Sequence record: KT919973.1
Reading direction: 5' to 3' (one strand)
DNA length: 64,000 nt
Numbering within the stretch: the first letter of the stretch is position 1; each line of letters starts with the position of its first letter. The position numbers were made by a program, and so were the translations under genes. Below are positions 62,981 to 64,000 of the stretch, in pieces. The notes beneath the pieces are model-generated. The model did no database searches. It was not told where the DNA came from and was given only the letters and a program-made list of their open reading frames with translations.

Positions 62981-63700
62981 ATGAAAAAATTAATCGCAAT
63001 CGTAGCACTAGCAGCATCAGTAGCAATGACTGGTTGTACTGACACGATTGACACTGCATCAACAGATCGTTTAGACGCGGCAAAACCCGTGCTATCTCAA
63101 ACTGAAAAAGACATGCTGAACGTGTTTGCTGCGCCGAGTTTTCTAAGTCGTTATGATAACGTGTACGTTGAAATCGTTAAGAATCGAGTACATTTCGGTC
63201 AAGATCCAACGCCTCGTTCAGATGCTGAAGTACCGTTCTGTGATGTCATTGACTCTGTAATTGCAGCAGAGCGTGAGCATGGTATGCTCGAACGAGACTA
63301 CACGTTGAGCAATCAATGGAAACTGAAGTACGGCATCCCGTTGGTTGAGCAATGTAATAAATCTGACCGCGCTCGAATTGCAATGCAAATCAAACTTGCG
63401 AAAGAAGAAGCCGAAGAAATCAAAGATCGCGTCGTAATCGAAGAACAAGAATTCAGCAAGAAAGAAATCAAAGCTGAAAAAGTAATTGAAGAGTCTGTAG
63501 TGATTAATGACGATGTGCTTCTATCACCTGAGCTTGTTCGTGACCTACGTGGTTCAGTTAAAGACTGTAATCGAGCTAAGGTGAAACTAATGAGCGTAGT
63601 CGATGCTGGTGAACCACTAACAACCAAGCACTATGATGAAGTCAAAGGTCTAGTTCTACAGTGTGAAATGCTCAAGTTAGAAGTTGAAATCAACAAATAA
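62981..63700 (+). CDS. Lipoprotein, paralog of 56757-57458
   Basis: Lipobox-like MTGC; shared Cys motifs. Confidence 0.8.
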   Translation: MKKLIAIVALAASVAMTGCTDTIDTASTDRLDAAKPVLSQTEKDMLNVFAAPSFLSRYDNVYVEIVKNRVHFGQDPTPRSDAEVPFCDVIDSVIAAEREHGMLERDYTLSNQWKLKYGIPLVEQCNKSDRARIAMQIKLAKEEAEEIKDRVVIEEQEFSKKEIKAEKVIEESVVINDDVLLSPELVRDLRGSVKDCNRAKVKLMSVVDAGEPLTTKHYDEVKGLVLQCEMLKLEVEINK

Positions 63701-63716
63701 TGTGACTTGAATCACA
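63701..63716. promoter_or_regulatory. Perfect CRP consensus site
   Basis: TGTGA-CTTGAA-TCACA; centre -81.5 from predicted +1 (63790). Confidence 0.65.
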
Positions 63717-63832
63717 AAAAGCCCCTTAATTGGGGCTTTTTTTCGTTTTAGTGGTTGCATGACAATCAATAAAACCCTATTATTACTACATCGAAACGAG
63801 ATTACATTTTAATAATTGGAGATTATATTATG
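63716..63832 (+). promoter_or_regulatory. Terminator GCCCC-TTAATT-GGGGC + early promoter cassette
   Basis: TTGCAT-17-TATTAT; ATCGAAACG at 63790. Confidence 0.9.
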
Positions 63833-64000
63833 TTTTACAAATTTACTAACGAAAAGAAAGTAGTCACTAAAACTCGCCCACTACGTGTAAATGATAAAGT
63901 TTCAATCGTTTTTGAATCAGGTCGTGTAGACGAAAATATGATTAAAGTTCATAGTGACTCAACTTTAAATTCAGCCACGTTTGTCTCGACAGATACAGGT
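63830..64000 (+). CDS. Hypothetical protein, truncated by the window end
   Basis: GGAG RBS; open to 64000. Confidence 0.6.
   Translation, partial: MFYKFTNEKKVVTKTRPLRVNDKVSIVFESGRVDENMIKVHSDSTLNSATFVSTDTG

Noticed and set aside
1-64000. Group I introns, inteins, integrase, rRNA or tRNA genes
   Set aside because: No interrupted conserved genes other than rIIB and no such signatures seen by eye; tRNAscan and Infernal runs would be needed to exclude them formally

Overview
64-kb segment of a T4-like myovirus genome (Straboviridae). rIIA/rIIB, dda, tk, denV and a full NAD-salvage set (natV, nadR, pnuC, nadV) point to a KVP40/nt-1-type Vibrio phage; this assignment comes from gene content, not a database search. 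It is an early/accessory region: well over 100 tightly packed + strand ORFs, mostly hypothetical, only two convincing minus-strand genes, three free-standing homing endonucleases, and no CRISPR array or tRNA seen. A repeated cassette fusing terminator, sigma70 promoter and RBS organises the region. Best candidate for an undescribed system: 7 perfect plus 1 near-perfect host-type DnaA boxes in 109 bp (21608-21716). They are co-oriented, lie beside an AT-rich hairpin and sit at a local C-rich to G-rich skew inversion, suggesting a bacterial-oriC-like origin or a DnaA sponge in a T4-like phage. Other highlights: two CRP consensus sites at class I distances from early promoters, a KcsA-type K+ channel, a PagP-like outer-membrane beta-barrel next to a late adhesin-like gene, an ArdA-like gene paired with a methyltransferase, a structured late RNA upstream of a putative injected protein, two hairpin plus 9-mer TAG arrays, and a 1-nt frameshift in rIIB. 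All family calls rest on motif recognition by eye, and start codons were adjusted by hand where an RBS was visible.
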